DNA of 64,000 bases from Gammaproteobacteria bacterium (GCA_030595185.1 JAUVDT010000001.1:491-64490); one strand, 5' to 3'; positions 38,608 to 49,365 are shown, counted from the stretch's first letter. Translations and numbers: made by a program. Notes: generated by a model not told the origin, from the sequence alone.

Positions 38608-39861
38608 ATGAAAATGGTAAAGAAAATAATGCTGTTTATCGGTTTTAATGCCTTTGTTTTTATGTCGACAGCATTTGCGAGTGATGAAATTAGTGTTACT
38701 ACCTCTACAGGTGATGATTTCTCTATTACTCGTTATCCTGCACAAGGGGAATTTCTTATTTTATGGTTTGCACCTGAATATGGTTTCAGAGAGCCCCACA
38801 GGTCTTTAGCTTTTGCGCTAAGCCAGAATAATATTGAGGTATGGCAAAGTGATGTAATAGATTCGCTCTTCATGCCACAAGGTGTATCGTCCATACGAGA
38901 GCTTGATGGGGTATATGTTGCGGATTTAATTGATGTCGCATTTAAAAAAACAGGTAAAAAAATTATAGTAATGGGTGACTCCTATGCATCAGTCATCGCA
39001 TTACGTGGCGCTCATTCTTGGCAGCGTAGACCAACAAAATCAAAATTTACTGGAGCTGTGCTTTTGTCACCATACACATACAGTTCTATTCCAGCATTAG
39101 GTCATGCTCCAGAATACTTGCCGATTATCTCATCTACCAATATACCTATTATGATTTATCAGGCAAAAAACAGTGGCATTATTAGTCAGTTTGATACGCT
39201 GGTTAAAAAACTTCAGCAGCATGATAGTCCGGTTTATACACGTTTTACACCTAATGTAATGAGTTTGTTCTATGAAAAAAATGTAACTGAACAAATGAAG
39301 ACACAGGCTGAACGCTTGCCTAAAAATATTTTTAATATGATCAGGGTTTTAGATGGCCATGATATTCCCACTAAACCGGTAAAGTTGGTTAAAAAATTAG
39401 CTAAAAATAATGGTATCGATAGTTATCTTAAAAAATTTTTAGCCAAACAACAGCCAACATCAATAAAACTTCTTGATGCTAATGGTGGCTTATTTACTAA
39501 AAATAATTTTAAAGACCGGGTTACGGTGATCAATTTTTGGGCGACATGGTGTCCACCCTGTATTGAAGAAATACCTTCTCTGAATCGACTAAAGAATAAA
39601 TTTCGTGGAAAAGCATTTGATCTTATTTCAATTAATTATGCTGAAGACTTGAATACTATAAAGAATTTCATGAAAAAGGTTAATGTGGAGTTTCAAGTAC
39701 TACTTGATAAAAATGGTGAGTACGCGAAACAATGGAATGTTATTACATACCCTTCGACTTTTATTATCGATAAGAATGGACATATTGTTTATGGTGTGAA
39801 TGCTGCAATTGAATGGGATAGCTCAGAAGTCATTGAGAAAATTGAAAATTTACTTAAGTGA
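38608..39861 (+). CDS. Periplasmic fusion protein: ~290-aa unknown (alpha/beta-hydrolase-like) domain plus C-terminal TlpA/ResA-type thioredoxin
   Basis: Signal peptide. C-terminal FWATWCPPCIEEIPSLNRL (CxxC thioredoxin, TlpA-like). The N-domain has no esterase GxSxG. Paralogous to 60034-61332. Confidence 0.7.
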   Translation: MKMVKKIMLFIGFNAFVFMSTAFASDEISVTTSTGDDFSITRYPAQGEFLILWFAPEYGFREPHRSLAFALSQNNIEVWQSDVIDSLFMPQGVSSIRELDGVYVADLIDVAFKKTGKKIIVMGDSYASVIALRGAHSWQRRPTKSKFTGAVLLSPYTYSSIPALGHAPEYLPIISSTNIPIMIYQAKNSGIISQFDTLVKKLQQHDSPVYTRFTPNVMSLFYEKNVTEQMKTQAERLPKNIFNMIRVLDGHDIPTKPVKLVKKLAKNNGIDSYLKKFLAKQQPTSIKLLDANGGLFTKNNFKDRVTVINFWATWCPPCIEEIPSLNRLKNKFRGKAFDLISINYAEDLNTIKNFMKKVNVEFQVLLDKNGEYAKQWNVITYPSTFIIDKNGHIVYGVNAAIEWDSSEVIEKIENLLK

Positions 39862-39996
39862 ATTGGCTTAAAAATAGTTAAGAAGTTATGTGAAGCAAGG
39901 CCTCTCTTTTTCTTTAAAATAGTACTACTGGCTTCAGTTGTTTAATTTTGCGTCTGCAAGAAAAAACTCCTCTATTTACTGGTTTTTCCTAATATT

Positions 39997-40452
39997 CTAA
40001 ACTCTTACCTCGCCAAAGTTAGCATTAAAGTCGACGCACCAGATGCTAATGCTATCAAAATCATCTAGTGTAACGGTACTTGGTAAAATAAGTCTTACAG
40101 TATTGTTAGAAAAGGCTGTGCCAGTTAGTAAACTGCTTATTTGATTTGCATTACTGTTGTTGTATATTCCATTTATTCCAGAGTAGAAAAAAACTGCTGG
40201 ACCACCTCCGTCGTATGAAAAATTTGTAAATTCTAAAGTGCAGTCATCTATTATTGTTAACATGCCACCGACTCCATGCGCAATGCTTGATAAGTTGGCA
40301 GTGGTTCCTACTAATGAATGTGATGAGCTGCATTGCGTATCTGTTCCGATAGAAAAACTGCTATCCGAAACCGGAGGTGTGGTTGTATTATCACTTCCAC
40401 ATGCCGTTATCATTATTAAAAAAGCGGGTGTAAGCCATTTTAGTGTTTTCAT
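39997..40452 (-). CDS. DM13-domain lipoprotein (putative electron-transfer module)
   Basis: Lipobox ITACGS. AHGVGGMLTIIDDCTLEFTNFSYDGGGPAVFFY...ISIWCVDFNANFGEVRV matches the DM13 consensus (HGVSG..TIVD...L.NFS.DGGPDV.VYL...IWCE.F.V.FG). Confidence 0.6.
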   Translation of the reverse strand: MKTLKWLTPAFLIMITACGSDNTTTPPVSDSSFSIGTDTQCSSSHSLVGTTANLSSIAHGVGGMLTIIDDCTLEFTNFSYDGGGPAVFFYSGINGIYNNSNANQISSLLTGTAFSNNTVRLILPSTVTLDDFDSISIWCVDFNANFGEVRV

Positions 40453-40620
40453 TCTTATACCTGTTTAGTCAATATGATAAATATGATGATATTTATGAAA
40501 TATCACAAAGTCATCACGATATAAGTGTTTATTACATATAAGTTAGTTGTATGTTATTGGGCTTTTGATATTATGTTGCTATCAGTGTTAACAATAAAAG
40601 GTGTTGTTTTGCAGCGTTTA

Positions 40621-41010
40621 ATGAATAAAGTACTACTAATTGTATTGTTTCTTTCTATGGCTTCTCCTGTTTTTGCATCCGGGGTTTCGAAGATAGTTAA
40701 ACTTAATGTATTAAGCTACAAAGCGAACTGGTTGAAAGATTATTATGATCAATACAAAATAATGAGAACCGAAATCATTATCTATCAAATGGATAACCCT
40801 AAAGACACCTTGGTTGATGTGGCTAAAAAACTATCTAAAATGACACCTGATGCAAAAGTAATTAAAGAAATTAAGCTTGCAGTATCAGGAGAGGATATTA
40901 TTGCAATAATCATGCTTAAAGAGCCAGATGGTGGCATTTTTAAAGAAAATGTCTTTACTGGTCGATGTCTTGGTACAAATGTGAATGTGTTGGAACAATA
41001 TTGTCGATAA
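40621..41010 (+). CDS. Secreted hypothetical protein
   Basis: Start at MNKVLLIVLFLSMASPVFASG (signal peptide). No recognisable domain. Confidence 0.4.
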   Translation: MNKVLLIVLFLSMASPVFASGVSKIVKLNVLSYKANWLKDYYDQYKIMRTEIIIYQMDNPKDTLVDVAKKLSKMTPDAKVIKEIKLAVSGEDIIAIIMLKEPDGGIFKENVFTGRCLGTNVNVLEQYCR

Positions 41011-41132
41011 AAGGCCCGGTTATGCTAAAAACTCGGCGGTTACTCAGTATTTCTAATAATTGTGTTGTATGTGTTTATTTCATCATGTTTTTGCTAAACT
41101 GATGACATCTTTTTTAATCTATTGATTCCTCT

Positions 41133-42692
41133 ATGGTTACTGTTGCAACATGGTTAAGCTTTGCTTTTCTCTCTGGGCTAATAATGCGCTTAATCGGTTT
41201 GCCTCCGTTAATCGGCTATCTTGCTACAGGCTTTTCTCTTAGTATTTATGGTTACGAAAGTAATGATCTTTTATCTGCGGTATCACATGCCGGCGTTCTC
41301 ATCTTATTATTCAGTGTCGGGCTAAAGTTAGAGTTAAAAAGCTTATTTCGTTTAGAAATATTTGCTGGTTCTTTATTGCATATGGCCATTACCATTGTTT
41401 TATTGTATTTCTTGTTAATTGGCGCAGAGGGGTTAACTTTTGAAACGGCACTGTTTTTGGCGCTGGCGATGTCTTTTTCGAGTACCGTTGTTGCTGCAAA
41501 AGTATTAGAAGGCAAGCGTGAGTTACGTGCGTTTCATGGTCGTGTCGCCATTGGTATACTCATCGTTCAAGATATTATTGCTGTCGGCTTTCTAAGTGCT
41601 GTTGGTGATGCAAGCCCATCGCCTTGGGCAATTGTCTTACTGGGTTTTTTTGTACTACGTCCTATTTTGCATTGGCTCTTGAGTATCAGTGGTCATGGTG
41701 AGCTGGTTATATTATATGGTCTGGTTTTAGCTCTAGCCGTTGGTGCGGAAAGCTTTGAGTACTTTGGTATGAGTTCTGAGCTGGGTGCCCTGTTATTGGG
41801 TATTATTCTAGCTGATCATAAGCGTTCTAAAGAATTATCTAATGCATTGTGGGGAATAAAAGAGGTACTGCTTGTTGGTTTCTTTTTACAAATTGGTTTA
41901 TCGGGCCACCCAAACTTAGATACCTTCTTACATGCATTAAGTTTAAATTTATTATTACCTGTAAAGGCGCTTTTATTCTTTTTTATCTTATTATTGTTCC
42001 GTTTGCGTGCTCGAAGTTCGTTTTTGGCAGGCTTGTCGTTAGCTACTTATAGTGAATTTGGTTTAATAGTTGCAAGCCTGGGTGTAAGCAATGGCATACT
42101 CGATCAAGAGTGGTTGGTCTTGCTTGCTTTAACTGTCGCTATTTCTTTTGTCATTAGTGCACCTCTAAATCGTTATGCTCATCAGCTTTATAGTAAATTT
42201 GAACACATACTAATCCGTTTTGAGAGTACTAAACGACACCCGGATGATGAACCTATTAATCTTGGTAATTCTCATGTTTTGATTATTGGTATGGGCCGTG
42301 TTGGTACGGGGGCGTATGATCAATTAAAGAAAGTGCATGAACGGATTGTTGGATTAGAGTCAGATCCGGTCAAAGCTAGCCAGCATCGCAAAGAGGGGCG
42401 TCGAGTGTTATATGCAGATGCAGAAGATCCTGGTTTATGGTCAAACCTTATTTATGAGGGCGTAGATTTGATTATGTTCTGTGTCCCTGATATTAATGCA
42501 AAGTTGCTGGCAATACGTCAGGTACGTGCATCAGGCTATACTAAAACAATTTCAGCGACTGCTTTATTCACAGATGAAATTGAAGCTCTTAAAAAGGCTG
42601 GTGTTGACTATGTCTATAATTATTATGATGGAATAGGTTCGGGTTTTGCTAAAAACTCATACGATGTTTTAGGTAATAAACAAAATATATAA
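41133..42692 (+). CDS. CPA2-family cation/proton antiporter with a C-terminal RCK/TrkA-N domain (KefB/KefC-like)
   Basis: About 11-12 TM helices. Rossmann motif IIGMGRVGTGAYDQL in the C-terminal soluble domain. Confidence 0.75.
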   Translation: MVTVATWLSFAFLSGLIMRLIGLPPLIGYLATGFSLSIYGYESNDLLSAVSHAGVLILLFSVGLKLELKSLFRLEIFAGSLLHMAITIVLLYFLLIGAEGLTFETALFLALAMSFSSTVVAAKVLEGKRELRAFHGRVAIGILIVQDIIAVGFLSAVGDASPSPWAIVLLGFFVLRPILHWLLSISGHGELVILYGLVLALAVGAESFEYFGMSSELGALLLGIILADHKRSKELSNALWGIKEVLLVGFFLQIGLSGHPNLDTFLHALSLNLLLPVKALLFFFILLLFRLRARSSFLAGLSLATYSEFGLIVASLGVSNGILDQEWLVLLALTVAISFVISAPLNRYAHQLYSKFEHILIRFESTKRHPDDEPINLGNSHVLIIGMGRVGTGAYDQLKKVHERIVGLESDPVKASQHRKEGRRVLYADAEDPGLWSNLIYEGVDLIMFCVPDINAKLLAIRQVRASGYTKTISATALFTDEIEALKKAGVDYVYNYYDGIGSGFAKNSYDVLGNKQNI

Positions 42693-42719
42693 AATAATTA
42701 TCAGTATTTGATTATTATT

Positions 42720-43199
42720 TTATTCCTTTGATGCATTAATGCCTTCTGTGATTGCCTTAATAACTAATTGAGTTAAATCTTTAGCAACTGATTCAGCTTT
42801 ACTGGATTTTGCAATATAGTCAGGTCGAACAAAATGTACAGAAGTTACGCTATCGCTATGTGTGAGTGAAATGTGCATCGGGCACATTGCAGTCATTCTG
42901 ACATCTTTATTGCTTATTTCATTTGCATACCAGGCATTACAAAACACCATTGACTTGAAGTTATCTAAATTATTACGGTTGTAATTATTCCCCCAGCGTT
43001 TAGCGAAATCAGAAAGATTGGAACCAATATTGGGTTCAAGTACGACAAACAGACGGTTGTTTTCTAGTGATTTGTATACTTGTTGGTAAACCTTTTTAAA
43101 TTCAGCTTTAACCGATACAGAATATATGGGTGAGTCTGCAAATGCATTTGAGAAAAATATCAGTAATAGAAATAATACCAGTAATGTTTTCTTTGGCAT
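42720..43199 (-). CDS. DUF302-domain secreted protein
   Basis: Signal peptide. MVFCNAWYANEISNKDVRMTAMCPMHISLTHSDSVTSVHFVRP matches the DUF302 core (FCNP.LA...LPCR..VY). Confidence 0.55.
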   Translation of the reverse strand: MPKKTLLVLFLLLIFFSNAFADSPIYSVSVKAEFKKVYQQVYKSLENNRLFVVLEPNIGSNLSDFAKRWGNNYNRNNLDNFKSMVFCNAWYANEISNKDVRMTAMCPMHISLTHSDSVTSVHFVRPDYIAKSSKAESVAKDLTQLVIKAITEGINASKE

Positions 43200-43598
43200 A
43201 ACTATCTCCTTTAAATCGGTTATATCGTTAAACAAATTATAATGCTTTTCAATAGACAGCGACTTATCTTTGATTAAAATTCTACAGGGTTATTTACTTG
43301 TCATATATTGCCACATTAATGGCCGTATTAAATGTGACTAGTGATATGACCAAAATTAAATTCTATGCGTATAAAGCATGAATGCAAGTGAATTATAACC
43401 AGAGTTATCGTGTTTATAGATTACTGATGTTAATATCAATAAGTTATAGAGCTATGTGTTTAATGGGAATTGTTCTAAGTGATTGAGTTTTTTATATAAA
43501 ATAGACTATAAGTAATATAGGTTGTCTGATTTTTTACTGTAAATATGAAATCAGGTTGTTATTAGTATAATCACAAGTCTAAGATACATTTTTCATAT

Positions 43599-45656
43599 AT
43601 GTCCACTCTTTTCAAAAAAGTATTTACCGAAACGATATTTCAACCAAAACTTGCATTAGAACAATGTATCGTTAGAAATTTTCTTCATATTCTCGTGGTA
43701 GGTACAACGCTTATTGCTCAGTACTTTGGCGGTATAGGTGTTCTGGATGACTTAATCGTGATGTTCGGTTTTGTATATATTGCTTTATCCATTATTTATA
43801 CTGCTTTAGTTTATCGTTTTCATTTTTTATCTAAAATAATCAGTATCACCGGTTTAATGGCGGATATTTTTATCGTCTGCTTTATCATGTATATGGGTGA
43901 TGATAAAGAAGCGGCGTTGTATGGTCTGTTGTTATTTATTGTTATTGCTAATGGACTGCGTTTTGGAAAAGCCTATATGCAATTTGCTAATATTATTTGT
44001 ATCGTTGGTTTTATAACAGTTATAAGTTTTAATGAATTTTGGCAAGCTCATACTATTCTGAGTATTGGTAATGTTATATGGCTTGTTCTAATTCCTGCGC
44101 ATTTAACAAATCTATTAACGCACTTAGAAGATGCTGTTCTTAAAGCTGAAACCGCAAATGCAGCTAAGACTTTATTTATTGCTAACATGAGTCATGAAAT
44201 ACGAACGCCATTAACTTCAATTATTGGTTTTGGGAGATCACTTTTAAATAAAACTCAATCAACTGTAAATACTGACAATGCAATAGATGCAATTATTCGT
44301 AATGGTGAGCATTTGTCTGCGATTGTGAACGATATTTTAGATATATCAAAAATAGAAGCAGGTATGCTGGAGTTAGAACAACGTGAGTTCTCTGTTATTG
44401 AAGTTATTCGAGATATCGAGTTTATCTTTCGAAAGAGATTCGAAGACAGTGGTTTGGACTTGAATATAAATTATATATTTCCATTGCCAGAAAAAATATT
44501 ATCTGATTCATTACGCATAAAACAAATTCTAATTAACCTTTGTAGTAATGCAATTAAATTTACTGAATTAGGCGGAGTGACAATTGAAGTTAGGTTTGAT
44601 ACTAATAGTAATGAATTGTTATTTTCGGTGAAGGATTCAGGGATTGGATTAAGTGTAGATAGAATGGATGATATGTTTTCTAATTTTACGCAAGCAGACA
44701 CATCTATAACACGTGAATATGGAGGAACTGGTTTAGGTTTGTCAATTAGTGCTAAATTAGTAAAAATATTAGGTGGTAAATTATGGGTCGAATCGGAGTT
44801 AGGTAAAGGTAGTGAGTTTTATTTTACTGTAGAAGTGGGTAGGGGGAGTGATATATCGCTTATAAACGAGCTGCCAGAAGATTTGATGGAGAGTATGCAA
44901 GTTGAGAAGGTTAATATTAATGTCTCGGGTAAAATTTTACTTGTTGATGATGTCGTTGACAATAGAGTTTTAATAAAGTTTTTATTAGAAGATATGGGAG
45001 CTGAAGTTGATTTTGCTGAAAATGGCAAGGTTGCTCTTGATAAAATAGTTAAAAATAAATATGACCTAGTTTTACTTGATTTACAAATGCCAGTAATGGG
45101 TGGACTTGAAGCATTAAAAGAAATTAGGGAAAGAGGTGAGGGTGTACCTGTTGTTATTTTGACCGCTAATGTTATCCAAAATGAAGAGAAAGAATCTAAA
45201 AGTATTAATTGCCAGGGTTTTCTTAGTAAACCAATTGATGAGATAAAGTTAATAGATGTGGTTTCAACGTATTTATGTAAATATGAAAATATCATTAAGT
45301 TACCAAAAAAACAAAATGTATTAGCAAATGATGAAAATATAATTGAATCCACTTTGATTCATGAAATAAGTGAGTCTAATAAGTATGAAAAACTGGCTGA
45401 ATCATTTGCGTTACAGCTTAATGATCGTATAGGTGCTATAGAATCTGCATTTAAGGAAAAAAATGGCGTATTATTAGACGATCTGGTACATAACCTGAAA
45501 GGTTTGGGTGGTAATATGGGTTATGAAATCATCACTGAAATATCTAAAGAAATTGAAATAGCTGTTGTGGAAAAATCCGACAGTCGAGTCGAAATTTTAA
45601 TAGACAAATTATATAAAACTGAAATAAGAATATTAGCGGCATTTAATACGAAATAA
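43599..45656 (+). CDS. Hybrid sensor histidine kinase with a C-terminal Hpt domain (membrane sensor, HisKA, HATPase, REC, Hpt)
   Basis: Multi-TM N-terminus. H-box MSHEIRTPLTSIIGF. G-boxes GTGLGLSISAKL. REC (ILLVDDVVDNR...LVLLDLQMP). Hpt motif HNLKGLGGNMGY. Confidence 0.85.
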   Translation: MSTLFKKVFTETIFQPKLALEQCIVRNFLHILVVGTTLIAQYFGGIGVLDDLIVMFGFVYIALSIIYTALVYRFHFLSKIISITGLMADIFIVCFIMYMGDDKEAALYGLLLFIVIANGLRFGKAYMQFANIICIVGFITVISFNEFWQAHTILSIGNVIWLVLIPAHLTNLLTHLEDAVLKAETANAAKTLFIANMSHEIRTPLTSIIGFGRSLLNKTQSTVNTDNAIDAIIRNGEHLSAIVNDILDISKIEAGMLELEQREFSVIEVIRDIEFIFRKRFEDSGLDLNINYIFPLPEKILSDSLRIKQILINLCSNAIKFTELGGVTIEVRFDTNSNELLFSVKDSGIGLSVDRMDDMFSNFTQADTSITREYGGTGLGLSISAKLVKILGGKLWVESELGKGSEFYFTVEVGRGSDISLINELPEDLMESMQVEKVNINVSGKILLVDDVVDNRVLIKFLLEDMGAEVDFAENGKVALDKIVKNKYDLVLLDLQMPVMGGLEALKEIRERGEGVPVVILTANVIQNEEKESKSINCQGFLSKPIDEIKLIDVVSTYLCKYENIIKLPKKQNVLANDENIIESTLIHEISESNKYEKLAESFALQLNDRIGAIESAFKEKNGVLLDDLVHNLKGLGGNMGYEIITEISKEIEIAVVEKSDSRVEILIDKLYKTEIRILAAFNTK

Positions 45657-45716
45657 AAATAATTACAGATTTCTTTAAATTGACTATTTATATATAACCT
45701 ATCAGAGATTTATTAA

Positions 45717-46907
45717 ATGATTATAGTGATGACTAACCGAGCATTACCTGTTGTATCTTCAAATGAGCCTTTTGATGTTCTTGTTAATGATATGGGGGTC
45801 AATCTTGGTGTTCGGCAAGGACAAGATGATATTTTATATAGCGGAATCTTGAGTGCAAACAATAAAGTCATAACCTTTTATCCCAAAGGGGATGAGTCAG
45901 AGATTTTTTTAAAAAGTAATGGCGCTGATAAAGATAAGCCTTGGGTATTTTTTGTTCATGGGTTTCATCAGGATCCTGATGAAAATATCAAGAAAGCCAC
46001 TCAACTGAGTCAGCATCACGATGTTAATGTCATTGTATTCGCATGGCCATCAAGACCATTTGATGTTGATATGAGTCTGGATGATGTAAAAGAGATGGTT
46101 CGTGATGATGTGATGTCTGGTACATTAGGCAGTATTACTGTTGCAAAAATAGGCATTAACTGGCTTTTAAAATCACTTCAGGATACGTGGAAAAATTATC
46201 AGCCTGCAAGAGAAAATGCAGAAAAATCAATAGTGGATTTACTGGCAGCATTTGACATAGTTAAAGATACTTTATCGATAACCGTTCCTCCCGTATTATT
46301 GATTCATAGCATGGGGAATTATCTGTTGAAAAGTACGATGGACGCGATTGATGAATTACCCATGAAGTTTAGTAATATTATATTACATCAGGCTGATGTT
46401 ACATCTTCAAATGATAGCTGGATTAAGAAATTAAAATTCAGCCTTAAAGAGGATGCAAAGCTTTATATAACAACAAATGCTTATGATGCTGTATTGGCCT
46501 CGTCTCAGATTCATAAAAGAATAACAGGTGATGTTGTTACTGAGAGGCTTGGTCAGAAACGATCAAATTATTTAAATGATGGTATTAACTATTTAGATTT
46601 TACTGATGGTGTGGATATTTCAGATGATCATGAGTTTTTTAAAAGAGGAGAGGATGATACTCATCCAGATGTGTTCTCTTGTTTAGGTCGAATATTGAGA
46701 GCGGAAGATGATCAGCTACCGTTACATGATAGAGAATCAAACGCTGGTTTTACAAAAATGCCTACCGATACTTTACTCTATCGTTTGGAGTATGTTATTC
46801 ATCCTGCAGATGTTGATTTTGATCCTGATAGTGACCACCCTGTACCCTCTCTTATTTTTTGGGGTGACACACAGTCTCAATCAGAGAAAGATGCAACCCA
46901 TGATTAA
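45717..46907 (+). CDS. Alpha/beta hydrolase, DUF900-like (putative esterase/lipase)
   Basis: VFFVHGF. Nucleophile elbow LIHSMGNYL (GxSxG). Asp/His-rich C-terminal tail. Confidence 0.5.
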   Translation: MIIVMTNRALPVVSSNEPFDVLVNDMGVNLGVRQGQDDILYSGILSANNKVITFYPKGDESEIFLKSNGADKDKPWVFFVHGFHQDPDENIKKATQLSQHHDVNVIVFAWPSRPFDVDMSLDDVKEMVRDDVMSGTLGSITVAKIGINWLLKSLQDTWKNYQPARENAEKSIVDLLAAFDIVKDTLSITVPPVLLIHSMGNYLLKSTMDAIDELPMKFSNIILHQADVTSSNDSWIKKLKFSLKEDAKLYITTNAYDAVLASSQIHKRITGDVVTERLGQKRSNYLNDGINYLDFTDGVDISDDHEFFKRGEDDTHPDVFSCLGRILRAEDDQLPLHDRESNAGFTKMPTDTLLYRLEYVIHPADVDFDPDSDHPVPSLIFWGDTQSQSEKDATHD

Positions 46908-46932
46908 TATGGGTTGCATACCAGTGGACTAA

Positions 46933-47229
46933 TTAGTGATACTCAATCACTTCATCGCCTACAATAAAATCAGTCACGCCTTTTCCATTTCCATGATCTT
47001 CTAAAGTATCTCTAAAACTATCTAGCATTGCTATCATGCTTTCTTCAGCATTGATTGAGTCGCTGGCAGAATCCCATTCTGCGATAAAGCAATAATTATG
47101 ATCGCTAGTTTTAATCATATGGGCATTTTTAAATCCTGACGAATTAAAGCTTAGCTTTGAGTTAGCGCTAAGAAATTGATCATCCATACCCTCTTTAACA
47201 GTAAAACGTACTACATTATATCCACTCAT
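46933..47229 (-). CDS. ABM (antibiotic biosynthesis monooxygenase)-like ferredoxin-fold protein
   Basis: 98 aa. VVRFTVKEGMDDQF...FIAEWDSASDSINAEE pattern. Confidence 0.4.
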   Translation of the reverse strand: MSGYNVVRFTVKEGMDDQFLSANSKLSFNSSGFKNAHMIKTSDHNYCFIAEWDSASDSINAEESMIAMLDSFRDTLEDHGNGKGVTDFIVGDEVIEYH

Positions 47230-47633
47230 GATATTTCTCCTACTAATAGAATTAACTACAATTTAAGTAAATAGTAATGGCTGTCTGTATACGCTAAGGT
47301 AATCACCTTAGGTTTTTATTAATCCTTAATTATGATCGTAATTAAAAAATATGATAATTGATTATATTGTTGTAACCTAAATAATGTTTATTAGTATTAG
47401 TATGTGAATATAGTCAGTTTATAGTTATTATTATTTTTACTAATTAATATGAACTGTATGAAACTTGACTGACGTATCAATCATTATTGGTACTTGCTTG
47501 TATTCTAATTTATAAACGAAATCATTTATATGCCCGTATGAATGATGAATTAGCATTAAGTGTCCGCTATAGTTGCCTTTGTAGGGTAAATTTTGACTCC
47601 GGTTTTTACTATTAGATGTGAGAAGTAAAGAGT

Positions 47634-48728
47634 ATGTTTTATAAGATGTTTTTTTTGGGCTTGTTGCTCACCTTTGTGGTTGAAGCAAAGACTAATACAG
47701 AAGAAAAATGGGAAGGTCGTTGGCAAAAAGTAGAAACTCTTGAAAAGGTATTACCAGATGAAGAGCTATTTAAATCAGCCAATTTTTATGATGTCTTTTT
47801 AATCCGTAATGTAACAAAAATAGGCTTTGACTATAAGAATGTTGGTAATGATGTTGGTTATGGTCCAAATGAAATGACGTATCTACAAGGCTCAGCAGCT
47901 TTTTCTAGTGAGAGTAGTGTAGTAGATTCAAAAACTGGCCTTGTAATTACTTTTTATCAGGGTAAGAGTAAGCGAGATCGTGGCATTCAAGTTAAGAATA
48001 AAGATGGCTCTATCAATAAGTATTTTAAACAAATACCAACAGTATTTGACGCTGGTTTTAATTGTAAAAAAGCAACTACTCATATTGAAATTATGATTTG
48101 TCATGTAGCCATTATTGCTAAAGCAGATAAAGAACTAGGTAGTTTATATAAAAAATTAAGAAAAACATTAGCCAAAAAGGATGCGAAAGAGCTTCGTCGT
48201 ACACAGAGAAGCTGGATTAAAGAACGTAATAAGAACTGCGCAGATAAAACCCAGGCTGATGAATTGTGTTTGTCTAAATACTATGCAACACGATTATTAA
48301 TACTACGTAAAATGTTTGACTCTGATTTAGGCGGTAAAACGCCACTATTAGATAATAAATATATGGAAGTTGTATATAATCGATCACCTGAGTTATGGGA
48401 AGATACCGTTCTTCGATTGATATTTAAAAGTCATAAACAAAATGAGTTTGTAAAAAAATGGATGACTTATCAACCTGAAACAAAAGCTGTGTTCACTAGT
48501 GAAGAAGCAGTGTTTACAGGCCAGGTACAATATGAAACTATTATTTGGCCAGCTAATGTTATTGTAACTATTGATTATCAATTGGTTATTGATGAGAAAT
48601 CAAATGTTTGGTTCTCAACGCGATCAGATTATGACAGAGGTATTGAAGTAGTTACTCATTTCGGATCTAAAGACATTTCTAAAAGTGTTCTCAAGTGGGT
48701 AACATTAATGCAGAGTTCCAAAAAATAA
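47634..48728 (+). CDS. Secreted protein with a DUF1311/LprI-type helical domain
   Basis: Signal peptide. CHVAIIAKADKELGSLYKKLRKTL...LRRTQRSWIKERNKNC matches the DUF1311 signature (C...AD..LN..Y..L.....L...QRAW...R...C). Confidence 0.5.
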   Translation: MFYKMFFLGLLLTFVVEAKTNTEEKWEGRWQKVETLEKVLPDEELFKSANFYDVFLIRNVTKIGFDYKNVGNDVGYGPNEMTYLQGSAAFSSESSVVDSKTGLVITFYQGKSKRDRGIQVKNKDGSINKYFKQIPTVFDAGFNCKKATTHIEIMICHVAIIAKADKELGSLYKKLRKTLAKKDAKELRRTQRSWIKERNKNCADKTQADELCLSKYYATRLLILRKMFDSDLGGKTPLLDNKYMEVVYNRSPELWEDTVLRLIFKSHKQNEFVKKWMTYQPETKAVFTSEEAVFTGQVQYETIIWPANVIVTIDYQLVIDEKSNVWFSTRSDYDRGIEVVTHFGSKDISKSVLKWVTLMQSSKK

Positions 48729-48738
48729 AGGTATATTC

Positions 48739-49365
48739 ATGAAAAGCACTTCTAGGGTCTTAACCTGGAATCATTATTTAGCTGGTTTTATTGTCGTATT
48801 AAGTTGTGGCCTTTTATTTATTATGATTCCTGAGTCTACAAATATATTGCAGGATGGCTTAACTGTGATGGCTCTTGCATTGACGGTTTTTTGTTTTTTT
48901 GGTCAGTTTGAGACTTTCTTAGGGGCTGTTTTAAAAGTTTTATCTTTTGTATCAATCGGTAGCTTTATTATATACATGACACGCGAATTACCAGATGAGA
49001 ACTTGCTGTCTATTATTAGGATTGGTACAGCGGTAGTAGTCTTGTTATCTGTTATAGCTTATTTTGTTTTTTATTATATAAAAATCAGAAGGGCTGATTT
49101 AATTAAAAATGGATGGCTGTTGGAAACGACATTAGAAGAGATTGTTCGTGAGAGTAGTGACAATTTTCAACAATATTTTTTGAAATCAGAGGGAAAAAAC
49201 CCAGTTACAGGTGATGTAATTAAATTCAAATCACAGGCTGTGTCTCAGTTAGTAATAGATCGGGTTTCTGTTGGTGATATTTTAAAAGTGCATGTTGATA
49301 AGAAAAATCAAAAACGCTATCACTTTGATTTGTCAGACTATCAGGATGATAGTCTGTTTTTCTAA
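48739..49365 (+). CDS. Hypothetical membrane protein (4 TM) with a soluble C-terminal domain
   Basis: RBS then ATG 10 nt after the upstream stop. Hydrophobic helices. No known motif. Confidence 0.4.
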   Translation: MKSTSRVLTWNHYLAGFIVVLSCGLLFIMIPESTNILQDGLTVMALALTVFCFFGQFETFLGAVLKVLSFVSIGSFIIYMTRELPDENLLSIIRIGTAVVVLLSVIAYFVFYYIKIRRADLIKNGWLLETTLEEIVRESSDNFQQYFLKSEGKNPVTGDVIKFKSQAVSQLVIDRVSVGDILKVHVDKKNQKRYHFDLSDYQDDSLFF

